DNA from: Cyanophora paradoxa CCMP329
Taxonomy: Eukaryota; Plantae; Glaucophyta
Assembly: GCA_004431415.1 (NCBI GenBank)
Contig: QPMI01000423.1
Coordinates: 248,001 to 312,000, forward strand
Direction: 5' to 3'
DNA: 64,000 nucleotides
Shown: piece by piece, positions 50,301 through 61,400 of the stretch
How the letters are laid out: the number at the start of each line of letters is the position of its first letter
Numbering within the stretch: the first letter of the stretch is position 1
Translations under genes and position numbers: made by a program
The notes under the pieces: model-generated
The model's database searches: none
Told to the model about the DNA's origin: nothing
What the model saw: only the letters and a program-made list of their open reading frames with translations

Positions 50301-51992
50301 CTCCCCCAACCCCCCTCCCGGCCCCCCACCTGCGACCTCGTCCCCCTCGCCTTTCTTCCCGGGGTCCTTCCAGACAGACTTCCTAGACGCCTGCCGCCCC
50401 GCCCCGACTGCGCGCCTGACGTGGGGGCGGGGCCCGCCTCAGGTGACGGCGTCGGAGACGGCGCGGTGGTGGGTCCGCACGTACCTCCGCCCCGACGCCC
50501 ACCTGATCGTCGGTCCGCCCGCCCCCCCGCCTCCCCCCCCTCCGCGCCCGCCTCTGCTCGTGCCCCCCTCCGGGCGTTTGCGTGGCCACTCTTGCATGCC
50601 TCTTTTCCCTTATTCTTAACCGGCCCCGCCCCCGCCCCCGCAGGGCGCGTGGCGCTGCCGGAGTCGCGCATCGCGCGGCTCGAGAAGCTGACGACGGCCG
50701 ACATCCTCTACCCCGGCTGCCCCTTCCGCCCCGAGCGGCATCTGAAGGTGCCGCCTCTCTCTCTCTCTCTCTCCCCCCCCCCCTACTTCCAGCTTCCTTC
50801 CCTTCGTTCGCAGGTGGCCCTGGAGGTCTTCAGGCGCCTGCGGCTCCTCCCCGCCGGCCGCTACCTCCTCTCCCACCGCCGCGGCGACCCCGAGGTACCC
50901 TGTACCCCCCTTCTTTCCTCCAGAACTCTGTACCCCTGCTCAGCTAGCGGGCTTCCGGGCCGGCGGGCGCCAGGTTGGGCTCTTCCGCTGCGCGGACGGG
51001 GAGGCCTCGTCGGTACCCCCAGCATTGGGCTCGGGTTCGAATCCGGCCGGGGCAGTGCCCGGGCCCGGGCCGGAGGCGGTGGACCTGCACGAGCTCTCCA
51101 TCACCGCCGGCGCCACCGACACCGAGGCCGTGCGCTCAATACATCTATTCTAACTCTTCTTTGTTATTTGTATCTTAATTTCTTTCCTTAGGTGGCGTAC
51201 GTGCCCCTGATTTGGAGCGGCCCGCCGGACCGGGCCCCGTTCACGTTCCCGCCGTCCCCGGAGGAGCTTAGGCCGCCGCCCGCCCCGCCCGAGGCGACCG
51301 GGTCCGGGGCCCGCGGCGGCGGCGCCAAGCGGGGCGCCAAGCGCGCCCGTGGGCCCGGAGCCCCGCGGGGCGGCCGGGGTGGCGCCCCGGGCCTGGCGGC
51401 GGCGCGGAGGGGCCCCCGCGAAGCGCGGCCGCGGGGCGGCGGCGACGCGCGGGCGCGGCGAGCCGCGCGGCCGGGGCCGGGGCCGAGGGCGGGGCGCCGG
51501 CCGGGCCGGGGCCGGGGCTGGGCGCCGGAGGACGGGGAGGGGGGGTACGCGTACGAGCCCCCAGACGAGCGTGACGTGGCGGAGGCGGCGCTGGCGGCTG
51601 CGGAGGCGCCCGAGGCGGCCCCGCAGCGGGTGAAGAAGCGGTCGTACGGGGCCGCCCCGGGGGCGTCGCGGAGCCGGGCGTACGGGGCGCGTCCGGCGTG
51701 GGACCTGGACGGGAGCGGCGCGGCTGGCGGGGACGACTTCCTGAGCGAGCTGGCGGCGCTCAGGAAGCGGTCCGCGGAGCTCGCGGCGCGGGACGCGGCG
51801 GAGGAGGCGGAGGGGGAGCAGAGGTCCGCGCCGCCCCCCGGAACCGGGGCGGGCGGCCGCGAGCAGCCGGGGGGAGGCGGAGAGCCCTCGCACGGCCACG
51901 GCCACGGCCACGGCTACGGCTACGGCGAGGAGGAGGAGGAGGACGAGGACGAAGGGCCGGAGGAGCTCGCCATCGCGGAGGACGACCGGTGA
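47392..51992 (+). CDS. ICE2: Little elongation complex subunit ICE2/NARG2-like
   Basis: WFFTPEEFDAYS; RYSSLSVAEHSEYMSLL; VFVDKPLL...TFREKN; NLTYTLWSFG..SLLVRC; PKLEYRPEEGWEQVT; LPAGRYLLSH. Confidence 0.8.
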
Positions 51993-52610
51993 CCCGTGAC
52001 CCGCGCTCGGCGCCGCCCTCGCTCGTTCGTCCATGGACCAGCTTTCTCAATATGCGAAATACTTTAGTTCTTTCTGATCATCGCGGAGAGACTCCGGTGA
52101 GACTCTTGAAGCGGGGGCCCGGGGACACTGCGGTCTAGACCGTCCGGAGTCCGGAAATCAATTAGCTGCGCATGGGCGTAATGCATCCTGAAGCTTGATG
52201 CCGGTTAAACTCCTGCACGAGCTTCCGTTTGTTAAACTTCCGGATCCGGAGTCCTGTGAGGCTCAGGCTGAAGCGAGACTGCTCTTGGATTCCTATTCGA
52301 AGCCTCCAAGCCTTGAAGCTTCCGTCTGTCGAACTCCTGTGCGAGCTGTCCCGGGCTCACTCATGATCATGATCAGTGAGGCAGGCGAAGGGGGCGGAGC
52401 GGGGAGCGCGTGTGCTCCCCTCCCCCCTCCCGGCCCCCCGCACTCGATCATCGATCGATCATTACTCAATGGATCGGTACTTGGATCCCGCAGTGCGCAT
52501 GCGGCAAACAGACAGCTAGTACTTATAATTACATTTTAGGTCGCGTAGTACCCAGGCTCATCGCCAGAGGCGGCACCGCCGCCCCGCGCCAGAGCGCGGC
52601 GCGCCTGCAG

Positions 52611-54794
52611 CTACTGCTCGACGGGGGCGGGCAGGAGGAGGAGGCGGGCGGCGACGGAGAGGTGGTCCGAGGGGTACGCCATCCCGGGCAGCGCCCCCGG
52701 CACCTCCCCCTCCTCCGGAACTGCGGCGGAGAATTCTCGGGGGTTGGCGGGGGGGGGGGGGGGGGGGGGGGGGCGGAGGGGTACGGGCGCACGCTGGAGG
52801 AGGGAGGAGACGCGGAAGTGGCGGCGAGAATAGAAAATGTAATCGCACGTGAACTGGCGAGGCGGGGGAAGGAGGCGGGGAGGCCAGCGCCCCCGGTCAG
52901 AAGGGCGTAAACCTGGCGACGGGCGGGAAGGGGGGGGGGTACACCTTGCGCTCGGGCCCGTAGGTCCAGTGCGTGAACGAAGGCTCCCCGACGCGCTCGG
53001 GGCCCCCCGCCTGCTCAGGCGGCCTCGCGTACCTGTACCCCCCTCGGCGCTCGGCGCCGAGGGCGGAACGGGGGGGTACGGGAAGGGGACTGCGGGTACC
53101 GCTCGTACGCGCTCTCGAAGTCGAAGCTGCGGGGGGTACATGGCGTCAGCGGCACGGGGCCGCTCGGGAGGGGTATACGGACCCGTGGTCGATCTCGCAT
53201 ACCCCCAGGCCGTCCTCCGGCCCGCAGCAGCAGCGGGGGGCCTTCCGCCGCGCGGCCGCCGCCGCCGCCGCCGCAGCGGCCGAAGCCGCGGGCGAGGGCG
53301 AGGGCGAGGGCAGGGCCTGTGTCCCCGGCGCCTCGGCCGCCGCCGCCGGAGGCGCCGCCGCCTCCGCCGGCACGTCGGACGCGGCCGCCGGGCACTCGGC
53401 GGGGGCCTCCTTAGCCTCCCCGTTCTCCTCCTCTTCCTCCACGTCCGCCTCTTCCTCTTCCTCCGGCACCAGCTCGGCGCCCTTGTCGCAGGCGGGCGCC
53501 GGGCGCCGCCGGAAGCGCACGCGCCCGCGCCGCGCGAGGTGGTACGTCGGGCTCGACGGGTCGGCGTTGAAATCTCCCGTCAGGATCACGGGCTGCGGCC
53601 CGCCCGCCCGCAGGTCAGCCGCGCTGGGGCCGGCGCCGGCGCGCGCTGAGCGGGGCGGACCACATCGGAGGGCGGGGCGGGCCCGGGCGGCGGGAGGGGC
53701 TCGGAGATGGGTACGCAGGCGACGCGGCCGTCGCCGTCGCCCGAGGAGCACGGCTCTGTGGCGGCGGCGTCCGAGGCGGCGAAGCGGGCGGCGGCCTCGA
53801 GCACGCCCCGCAGCTGCTGCAGGCGGACGTGCTCGCCCGCCGGGTCCCAGAAGAGGTGCAGGGTCCCCACCAGCAGCCTGCGGGGCCGGGGCCGGGGCCG
53901 GGGCCGGGTCAGCGCGGCCGGGATGCGGGAGCGAGGAGGCGTTGCAGCAGCGCGCCTGCGTCCCGTGGCGATGGATCGGACGACGGCGAGGAGGCCGTCG
54001 TTGTCCTTGCACAGGACCCCGCAGCCGGCGTCCCGCCGCGCGGCCAGCTGGTTCAGATCGATTCCCGCTGCTCGCACCAGCTCGAACCTGCCGTCTACAT
54101 CATTACGCCCGCACGGCGGCGCAGCTCCGCGCGCGCGCGCGCCTGTCCGACTTGACGAAGATGGCGCAGCCGTCCGCGCGGCCGGCGCCCGACCGCTTCT
54201 TGAAGACGCCGGAGTAGCCCTTTACGCGCATCCAGCGCTCGATCTCGTCGTAGTGGTCGACCTCCTGAGCGCTCGCTGAGCGGGCGGGCGACGCCCGAGG
54301 CCGAGCGCGGAGAGGCGGCTCGGACTGGGCGGCGCGCCTGCAGGCACACGAAATCGGCGCCGTACGCGATGATCTCTTTCATGAGGAGCGGTTTCCGGTG
54401 GCTCCAGGCGAGGGCACGCTCCGGCGTCTTCGGATACCCTACGGTCCGATATGACGCATTCGCGGGATCGGACGAGCGGTGGCGCGTACACTGCTTCTTG
54501 GCGCCGGCGTCCGCCAATATGTTGTAGGAGAAGACAGAGAGCGCCTCCCCTGTGCACGCATTGCAGACGGGAACACGCGTACGTGCACTGTTGCGCACCC
54601 TCTGTCGCTCCATCGGCGTCCTTCGCACCGACCTCTTGCTGCACTCGCTCAAGTGGCGCTGCAGGCTGGTAGCGGCGCTGCAGGACGTCGCCCCACGCGC
54701 CATCCGCGGCCCGATCGACGCCCGGGGTTGTCTTCAGGATGCGCGCTTGCTTCTCACGGGCCCCATTCGGAATGAACTTGTTCCCAGTGTCCAT
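52611..54794 (-). CDS. Endonuclease/exonuclease/phosphatase (CCR4/Angel/PDE12-like) family protein
   Basis: SVFSYNILAD; LAWSHRK; ADFVCLQEVD; DGCAIF; VGTLHLFWDP; PVILTGDFNADP; YPSDHLSV. Confidence 0.92.
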
Positions 54795-55429
54795 CGCCGG
54801 GGCGCCGGGCTGAGCTCTGCTGCGTTGGCCTTCTTTCCTGTCCCCCTTTCTGGCTTCTTCCCCAACCCCACTTTGGCCAATCAACGGACAGAGCAAGTTG
54901 AGTGGCGCACCAGGGTACGTATATTACGTAGAAAAACAAAGCTGCATGCGCAAGCTGCTGTACGTCAGCCTGCGTGCATGCGCATGCGCTGCTGTGCGCG
55001 ACGTTAACGCGGCACAGCTGCAGCTGGAGCCTGCGCAGGCTGCGCTGCAGCAATCGCAACTTGTTGAAGGTCACTCGAGCTTGATATCGATCGGACAGCC
55101 TCGGAGTCACGAAGTCTGAGTAGATTTGTCGGTTCGATCGACGCGTCGCCCGAGACGGTCCGACGGTCGTGCTGCGTACTTTGTCACTCTTAAGCTTCGT
55201 GCCGACTTCACGGCTTCGCACGAAGACCGACTGCGTTGCGGTGCAGACCGTCCAGCATATGCATGCATCTGTGAACCGGTCAGGATTTGGATCGGCCGGC
55301 TCGCCGCTTGGCGTGGCCTAGTAGCCAGCGCAGGTAATCGGGCAGCAGCGGCTGCGGTTGCCGCGGCCCTGGCCATGAAGATGCGAAGGAAGTGCGGGCG
55401 CGTCCTGCGGGCGTAGGTGAACGCGAGGC

Positions 55430-58400
55430 ATGTCGCCCGCGATGCGCCAGCCGGTGGCGTCGGGGGCGGCCAGCGGGTACTCGGTGCAGGCCTTCTGCCC
55501 GCGGTGAGTCTGTGCGGATCGCCCGCGCGGCCGGTCAGCGCCGATCGCGGGCGGGGCGCGCAGCCTGCTGCTCTCGCACGTCGCCGGTGACAGGCTGAAG
55601 CACGAATGCGACGCGGTGGTCGCCCTCTTCGACCTGACAGGGTTCTCCGATCTGTGCTCGCGCCACAGCGGGGGCGAGAGTGACATCGAGGGCGCGCCCG
55701 CACGGCCCCGTACGCGTCCCGCCCCGCCCGGTGACACGCGCGCGCGCAGGCCTCTCTTCCACGATCAACGACTGCTTCGCAGACGAGATCCGCCTCATCG
55801 AAGGCGCGCCCCGCCCGAGCCCCGCTGCCCCCGCGCCGCCGCCCCCGCCGCTGCCCCCGCCGCCGACCGCGCCGCGCCGCGCCGCGCTGTGCCGCCGCTG
55901 ACCGCGCCGCTCAGAATTCGGGGGCGACATTCTGAGCTTCATGGGCGATGGGGTCCTGGCGATCTGGCCGGTGGACCCGCACGTGGGCGGCCCCTCCGCC
56001 GCCGGCGGCGAGCGCCGGCCCGAGGCGGTCCCAGTCCCAGTCCCCGGCGCCAGCGACCCGGGGCACGGGCACGGGCACGACACGGAGGTCGGGGACGCGG
56101 ACGGTCTCGCTTCCGGCGCGCTCGCCCTGCGCGCCGCGGCGGCCGCCGAGTGCAGCCTGCGGGTGCAGCAGCACTTCGCCGGCCTGCCCAGCATGCACTC
56201 CGGCATCCGCCTCCGCGTCGCCCTCTCCGCGGGGCCCCTGCGCCTCTTCCTGGCCGGCATCGGCGGGCCCGGCGCCTGCGACGCGGGGCTTCAAAATGCC
56301 GACGGCTCCTCCGTCCCCGGGTGCGCGGTTCCGCCGACCCAGCCCGGCTCGCCCCGCCCCGCCTCCCGCGAACCGCGCGGCGCAGGCGGCTCGTGTTCTT
56401 CGTTGCCGGTGCGGCGGTGACGGAGGCCGGAGACGCGCTCAACGAGATCGGCCCGGGGTACGGATGGATGCCGGCCCCGCACGCCGAGTGGGTTGGGTCG
56501 GTCCGACCCCCGGCGCAGGCAAGTGGCGCTGTGCCCGTCGCTCCTGCAGCACCTGCCGCGGACGGCGGTCGTCCCGCCGCCGCCGCCTTCCGGCCGCCGC
56601 TCGAGCGTCTTTCGCTCGGGGCGCCGCGAATCGCTCACCGCCTCCCGATCCATCTCCTTCCTCTTGAACGTGCCCCCCGCCGAGTCCGGGTACACGTCGG
56701 CCACAGACGGGTACGAGAGCGGCTACGCGACGGAGGGGCCCCCGGGGAGCCCCGGGTCGGCGCCGCCCCCGCCCCCGCGCTCCCCGGCCGGCCCGGGGGC
56801 CGGCAAGTCCAAAAGCCTGAAGGCCATGCCCCGCTCCCGGTCCGAGAAGGAGTTCGGGGTGGGCGGGCCGGGCGCCCAGCGCCTGGGCCTGGCCGTCATC
56901 GAGCCGCCGGCGCTGGCCCCGCTCGCCGAGTACGCGCGGGATGCCTTCGGCGCGGGGTCGGCCGGCTCGCTCGCCGGCCGCCTCCGGGCCCCGCTGCCCG
57001 AGCTGCGCACCCCGGAGCATCTGGCCTCCGCCGGCCTCTACGTCCCCTACACTGTGCGCGCCCGCCTGGGCCAGATCGCCTCGCTGGGCGCCGGCCTGGA
57101 CCCCACCCGCTACCTCTCGGAGGTGCTGCTACCCTTGCCCCCCCCCCCCCCCCCCCCCCCCCAAAGAAAAGTAACGGGGTACGCGCTCTCGCGCGCAGTT
57201 CCGGTCGGTGTCGGTGCTGTTCCTGAAGCTGGACCAAGCCGGCCTGGCCGACATGCGCTCCCCCGGGAGCTCCCGAATCACGTCGGGGAACCTGCACCCC
57301 GCCTCGCCCCCGCAGTCCATCGTCGTCTCCGCACCGCAGTCCATCCTCGTCTCGGCTCCCAGCGCGGCCCCCCCCGCCGCCGCGCTCTCGGGCCTGGGCC
57401 CCGCGGTTGTACCCCAGTTCTCGGTCATCGGCCCCTCCTCCCGGCGGGCGTCCACTGTGTCTGCTTCCGGCGGCTCGACTTCCGTTTCCGCCCCGCTCCT
57501 CGCCCCCGCCGTCCGCCGCGTAGTCAAGGCGCGTACCCCCCTCCCGTTTCGTCTTTCCACCGCGTACCCCCGTCCTCACCCCCCCTCCCCGACAGACGTT
57601 TCAGGCGCTCCTGTACTCCCACGAGGGTTCCCTGCGGCAGGTCCTCGTCGATGGTCCGCGTACCCGCCCGCCACCCGCCCCCGCCCCCCCTCCCCGTGCA
57701 CTGCTCCCGTACCCGCTTTGACGTTTCCCCTCCTGTTAAAAGACAAAGGGATGGTCTTTATCGGTGCGCGCGGCGTCAACGACTCACCGCCCCCCCCCCC
57801 TCCGCTCTGAGATGCGGTACCCTTGCAGGAATCTTTGGGCTGTACCCCATGTCCCACGATGACGACCCGGCGCGCTGCGTTTCCTGTGCCCTTGACCTGC
57901 GGGTTCGATCCCCTCCCCTCCTTCCCTTCCCCTCCCTCCCTTTCCCCCGTCTTCCGCCCTCCCCCGTCCTCCGTCCGACGCGGCGGGAGCAGAAGGCGAT
58001 GCTGGCGGCGGGGGTAGAGACCTCCATCGGCTGCACCACGGGGTACGCTTCCCGGGACTCCCGGCATCGAGCTCGAGCGCGCCTTTCTGACCCCGTACCC
58101 CCCAGGCTCGCCTTCTGCACCTTCGTGGGGTCACCATCCCGCTGCGAGTTCTCCGTCTTCGGTGCGGCCCGTAACCCCCCTCCTTTACCCCCCCCTCCTC
58201 CTCCCCCCCCCCTCACGCCGCCTCGCGCGCGCAGGCAACGTCATAAACAAGGCGGTGCCCTCGAAACCCCCCCCCCCCCACCTCTTCGCGCCCGCTCCCA
58301 TCTCATCTCACCCCGCCCCTCTCGCCGCCTTGCAGGCGCGGCTGATGGGGAAGGCGGGGGTCACGGGCGCCGGAATCCTGGCGGACGAGGAGACCCGCGC

Positions 58401-61400
58401 CGCCACGTGCGTCCCCCCCTTAGAAGAACTGGGACGCTTTCGCTTGAAGGCCGCTTGCAAGGCCGCGCCGAGGCCCTCGAAACGCGGACTAGAGTGCCCC
58501 CCGTGCGCCCAAGGGCGGCCCCCTCTTGCTCACGCCGGCGGCGGGGCGGCGCGGCAGGGCGGGGCGGGTGGATATGGAGCCGGCCGGCGAGTTCCTGCTC
58601 AAGGGCTTCCCCGGGCAGGTGGGTGGGTGAAAGGAGAGAAGCTGAAGGGGACGGGAATCACGAAGCCGACCGGCGCTGCTTTGCCCCGCTCCGCCCGCAT
58701 AGCGGCTGCGCTTTCTGAGCCCAACACCCACCCGCCCGCCCGCCCGCCCGCTTCGTTCGCAGACGGCGGCGTTCCGGCCCGTGCGGGCGCACGCGGCCGG
58801 CGAGGCGCGGCAGGGCGCGCAGGCGCCGGGCTCCCCCGGCGACGACCCCCGCGCCGTCCCGCTCCTCGTCGTGCGTCCGTCCCCGCCGGATCGAATCTTA
58901 CGCTAAGCCGCGGAAATGAAAGAAGGAAAGCTAAGAGCGGAGACGAGGAAGGCCGATAGCTAATCTAGCGCCAATCTCAAGGATCTCGTCTTAGAGCACG
59001 CATACACAGCTAACACATTAAAATGCTAACAGCGCTGAGATGCAATGCTGAGCATCGAATGCGTCAGCTTTGTATGCTAAGGAGCGAATCCAGACAACGG
59101 ATCCAACAACCTAATCCGCGCCCGCGCCTCAGGGGCGGGACGCGGAGCTGGACGCTATCTTCGCGGCGCTGGAGGCGCTGCAGCCTCAGCCGAGCCCGGC
59201 GCGCCCCGCCATCGCCTCCGCCGGCTCGTCCGAGGGAGGAGTAGGAGGCCTCGAGGGCCGCCTGGGGCCGAGGCCCGAGGCCGCCGCCTCGGCTCCCGAG
59301 GCGCCCGACGCGGATCGGGCGACTGCGTACGTGTTGCTGGGCGACTCGGGCTCGGGCAAGTCGGCCCTGGCGCGCGAGGCGGTGGCGGCCGCCGAGGCGC
59401 TGGGCGTGCGCGCCGCTGAGGCGCGGGCCATTCCCGGCGAGGGCCACGCCCTCGCCCTCTGGCGCCAGATGCTCGCCGCCCTGTTCCCCTCCGGCATGCT
59501 CGAGGTGCGCGCGTCGCGTCGTGGCCGTTCCGTCCGCTCCTAGCCTAGGAGATAGATAGCCTAAGAGATAGCCTGCTCGAGGAGCGCCCGGCAAAGCTTA
59601 GCTATGCTATGCTTAGCGATGTCTGGGGCCTCACTCTCGCTCGCCCGCTCGCTCGCTCGCTGGGGCAGGTGGGCGCGCTCTCGGCGTGCGCGTGCACGGG
59701 CGAGGACCACCGCATCGACGAGGCGACGCTGGAAGACCTGCGGGACCTCCTCCCCGCCCCGGCCGCCCCCGCCCTCGCCGCCGCCGCTGTTCTCGCCGCC
59801 GGCGCGCCGCCCGCCGTCGTCCGCCGCCGCTCCTCCCTCAAGTGGGTCTCCGCGGGGCCCGACCCGGCGGCGCCCCTCGCCACCGCCCCGCCGGCCCCGG
59901 CCCCGGCCCCCGACGGCCTGACCCCCATCGGCGTCCCCGGGGGGGAAGGTCTCGCCGCCACCATCTCGGGCGCTGTGGCGTACCCCTCCCCGGTCACCTC
60001 CCCCACCGACGGGCAGCAGCGCCCGAACCCCGCAAGCGCGAGCGCGGCCGCGAAAGCAAAGGCGGGGAAGGAGCAGCGGCGGCAGCTGCCGCCGGACGTG
60101 CGCGCGGCGTCGCTGCGGGCCGCCATCGTGCGGCTCGTGCTGGCGCGGGCGAGCGGCGGGGGCCGGCCCCTCCTCCTCGTCTTCGAGGACGTCCACAACG
60201 CCGACTCTCAGTCACTCCGCGCCCTCTTGGAGCTCGCCGCCCAGGTGCCCGAACCGATTTAACTATAGAAGAGCCAGCTGTTAGAAGAGGGAGGGAGGGC
60301 CCGCCCTCGCCCTCGACGACGGGCGGCCCACCTCATCCCCCCCGGCAGCTGCGGGAGGCGCGGGGCGAGGCGCGGGCGCTGCTGCTGATCTCGTGCCGGC
60401 CGCCGGGGAGCACCGGCGAGGCCGGGCGCGGGGGCGCCGGGGCCTTCCTGGAGAAGATCGCCTCCTCCCGCGGGCACCGCCTCCTCGACCTAGCGCCCCT
60501 CGGGCCCCAGGCGCGCGCCCCCTCCTCCTCCTCCTCCTCCTCTCCATCATCTCTAACCTAGTCTGCTCGCTCTGACCCGCCCGATCTCCGCCCGCCCCGT
60601 TCGCCCGGGCAGGACGTGGCGCTGCTGGCGCGGGCGCACCTGGATGCCTCCTCCATCCCCCAGGCCGCCGCCGCCTTCATCGGTGCCCCCCGCCCCGCCC
60701 CGCCCCGCCCCGCCCCGCCCCGGCCCGCCCCGCCGGGGGAAGGGGATCAGGACATGGGGGGGCCTAGCGTGGCACCTCTTTTGCCGCGCCCGCCCGCGAG
60801 AGAGCTATCTAGCATAGATAGACCCAGGACCCCTGACCTCGAGCTAGCTCTGGGATCTAGCGAGGGGAATCCAAGGGTCCCCGCCCGCCCGCGATCTAGC
60901 GATCTAGCCTCCCCCCGCCCCCCGCCCCGCCCCCGCCCGCCCGCTTCAGCGTCGGAGTCGGGCTCTTTAGCTAGCTCTGTACCTAGCGCGATCTAGCGCG
61001 AGCTAGCTCTCTAGCGATCTAGCGATCTCACGGGGGGCCCGCCTCTTCTCAGCGTCGGAGTCGGGCGGGGTGCCGGTGATCGCGGCGGACGTGGCGGAGC
61101 GGCTCGTCAAGGAGGGCGTCCTCGCCATCGACCCCGCCACCCGCGTGTGCGTCCGGAGAACGAAGGCGGCGGTTGCTGTCTAGGAGGGGGCTCTTGGCTC
61201 TAGGACGGAGGACGGCTCTAGCTAGACGCAGAAGCGGGGGCAGGGCTCCCGACGGGCGGCGGAGGAGGAGGGCAGAGAGACCCCCCTGCCGTCTCGCCTG
61301 AGCCCCTGAGCCCTGAGCGCGGGCGCGGGGGCGGGGCTTGGTGGCTAGGGATCTGAGCGCGCGCCCTCGTTCGCCCGGGCGCGCAGGTGCACGGTGGCGA

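Noticed and set aside
51030-51052. GGTTCGAATCC B-box / tRNA T-loop
   Set aside because: T-stem does not pair; no A-box or acceptor stem
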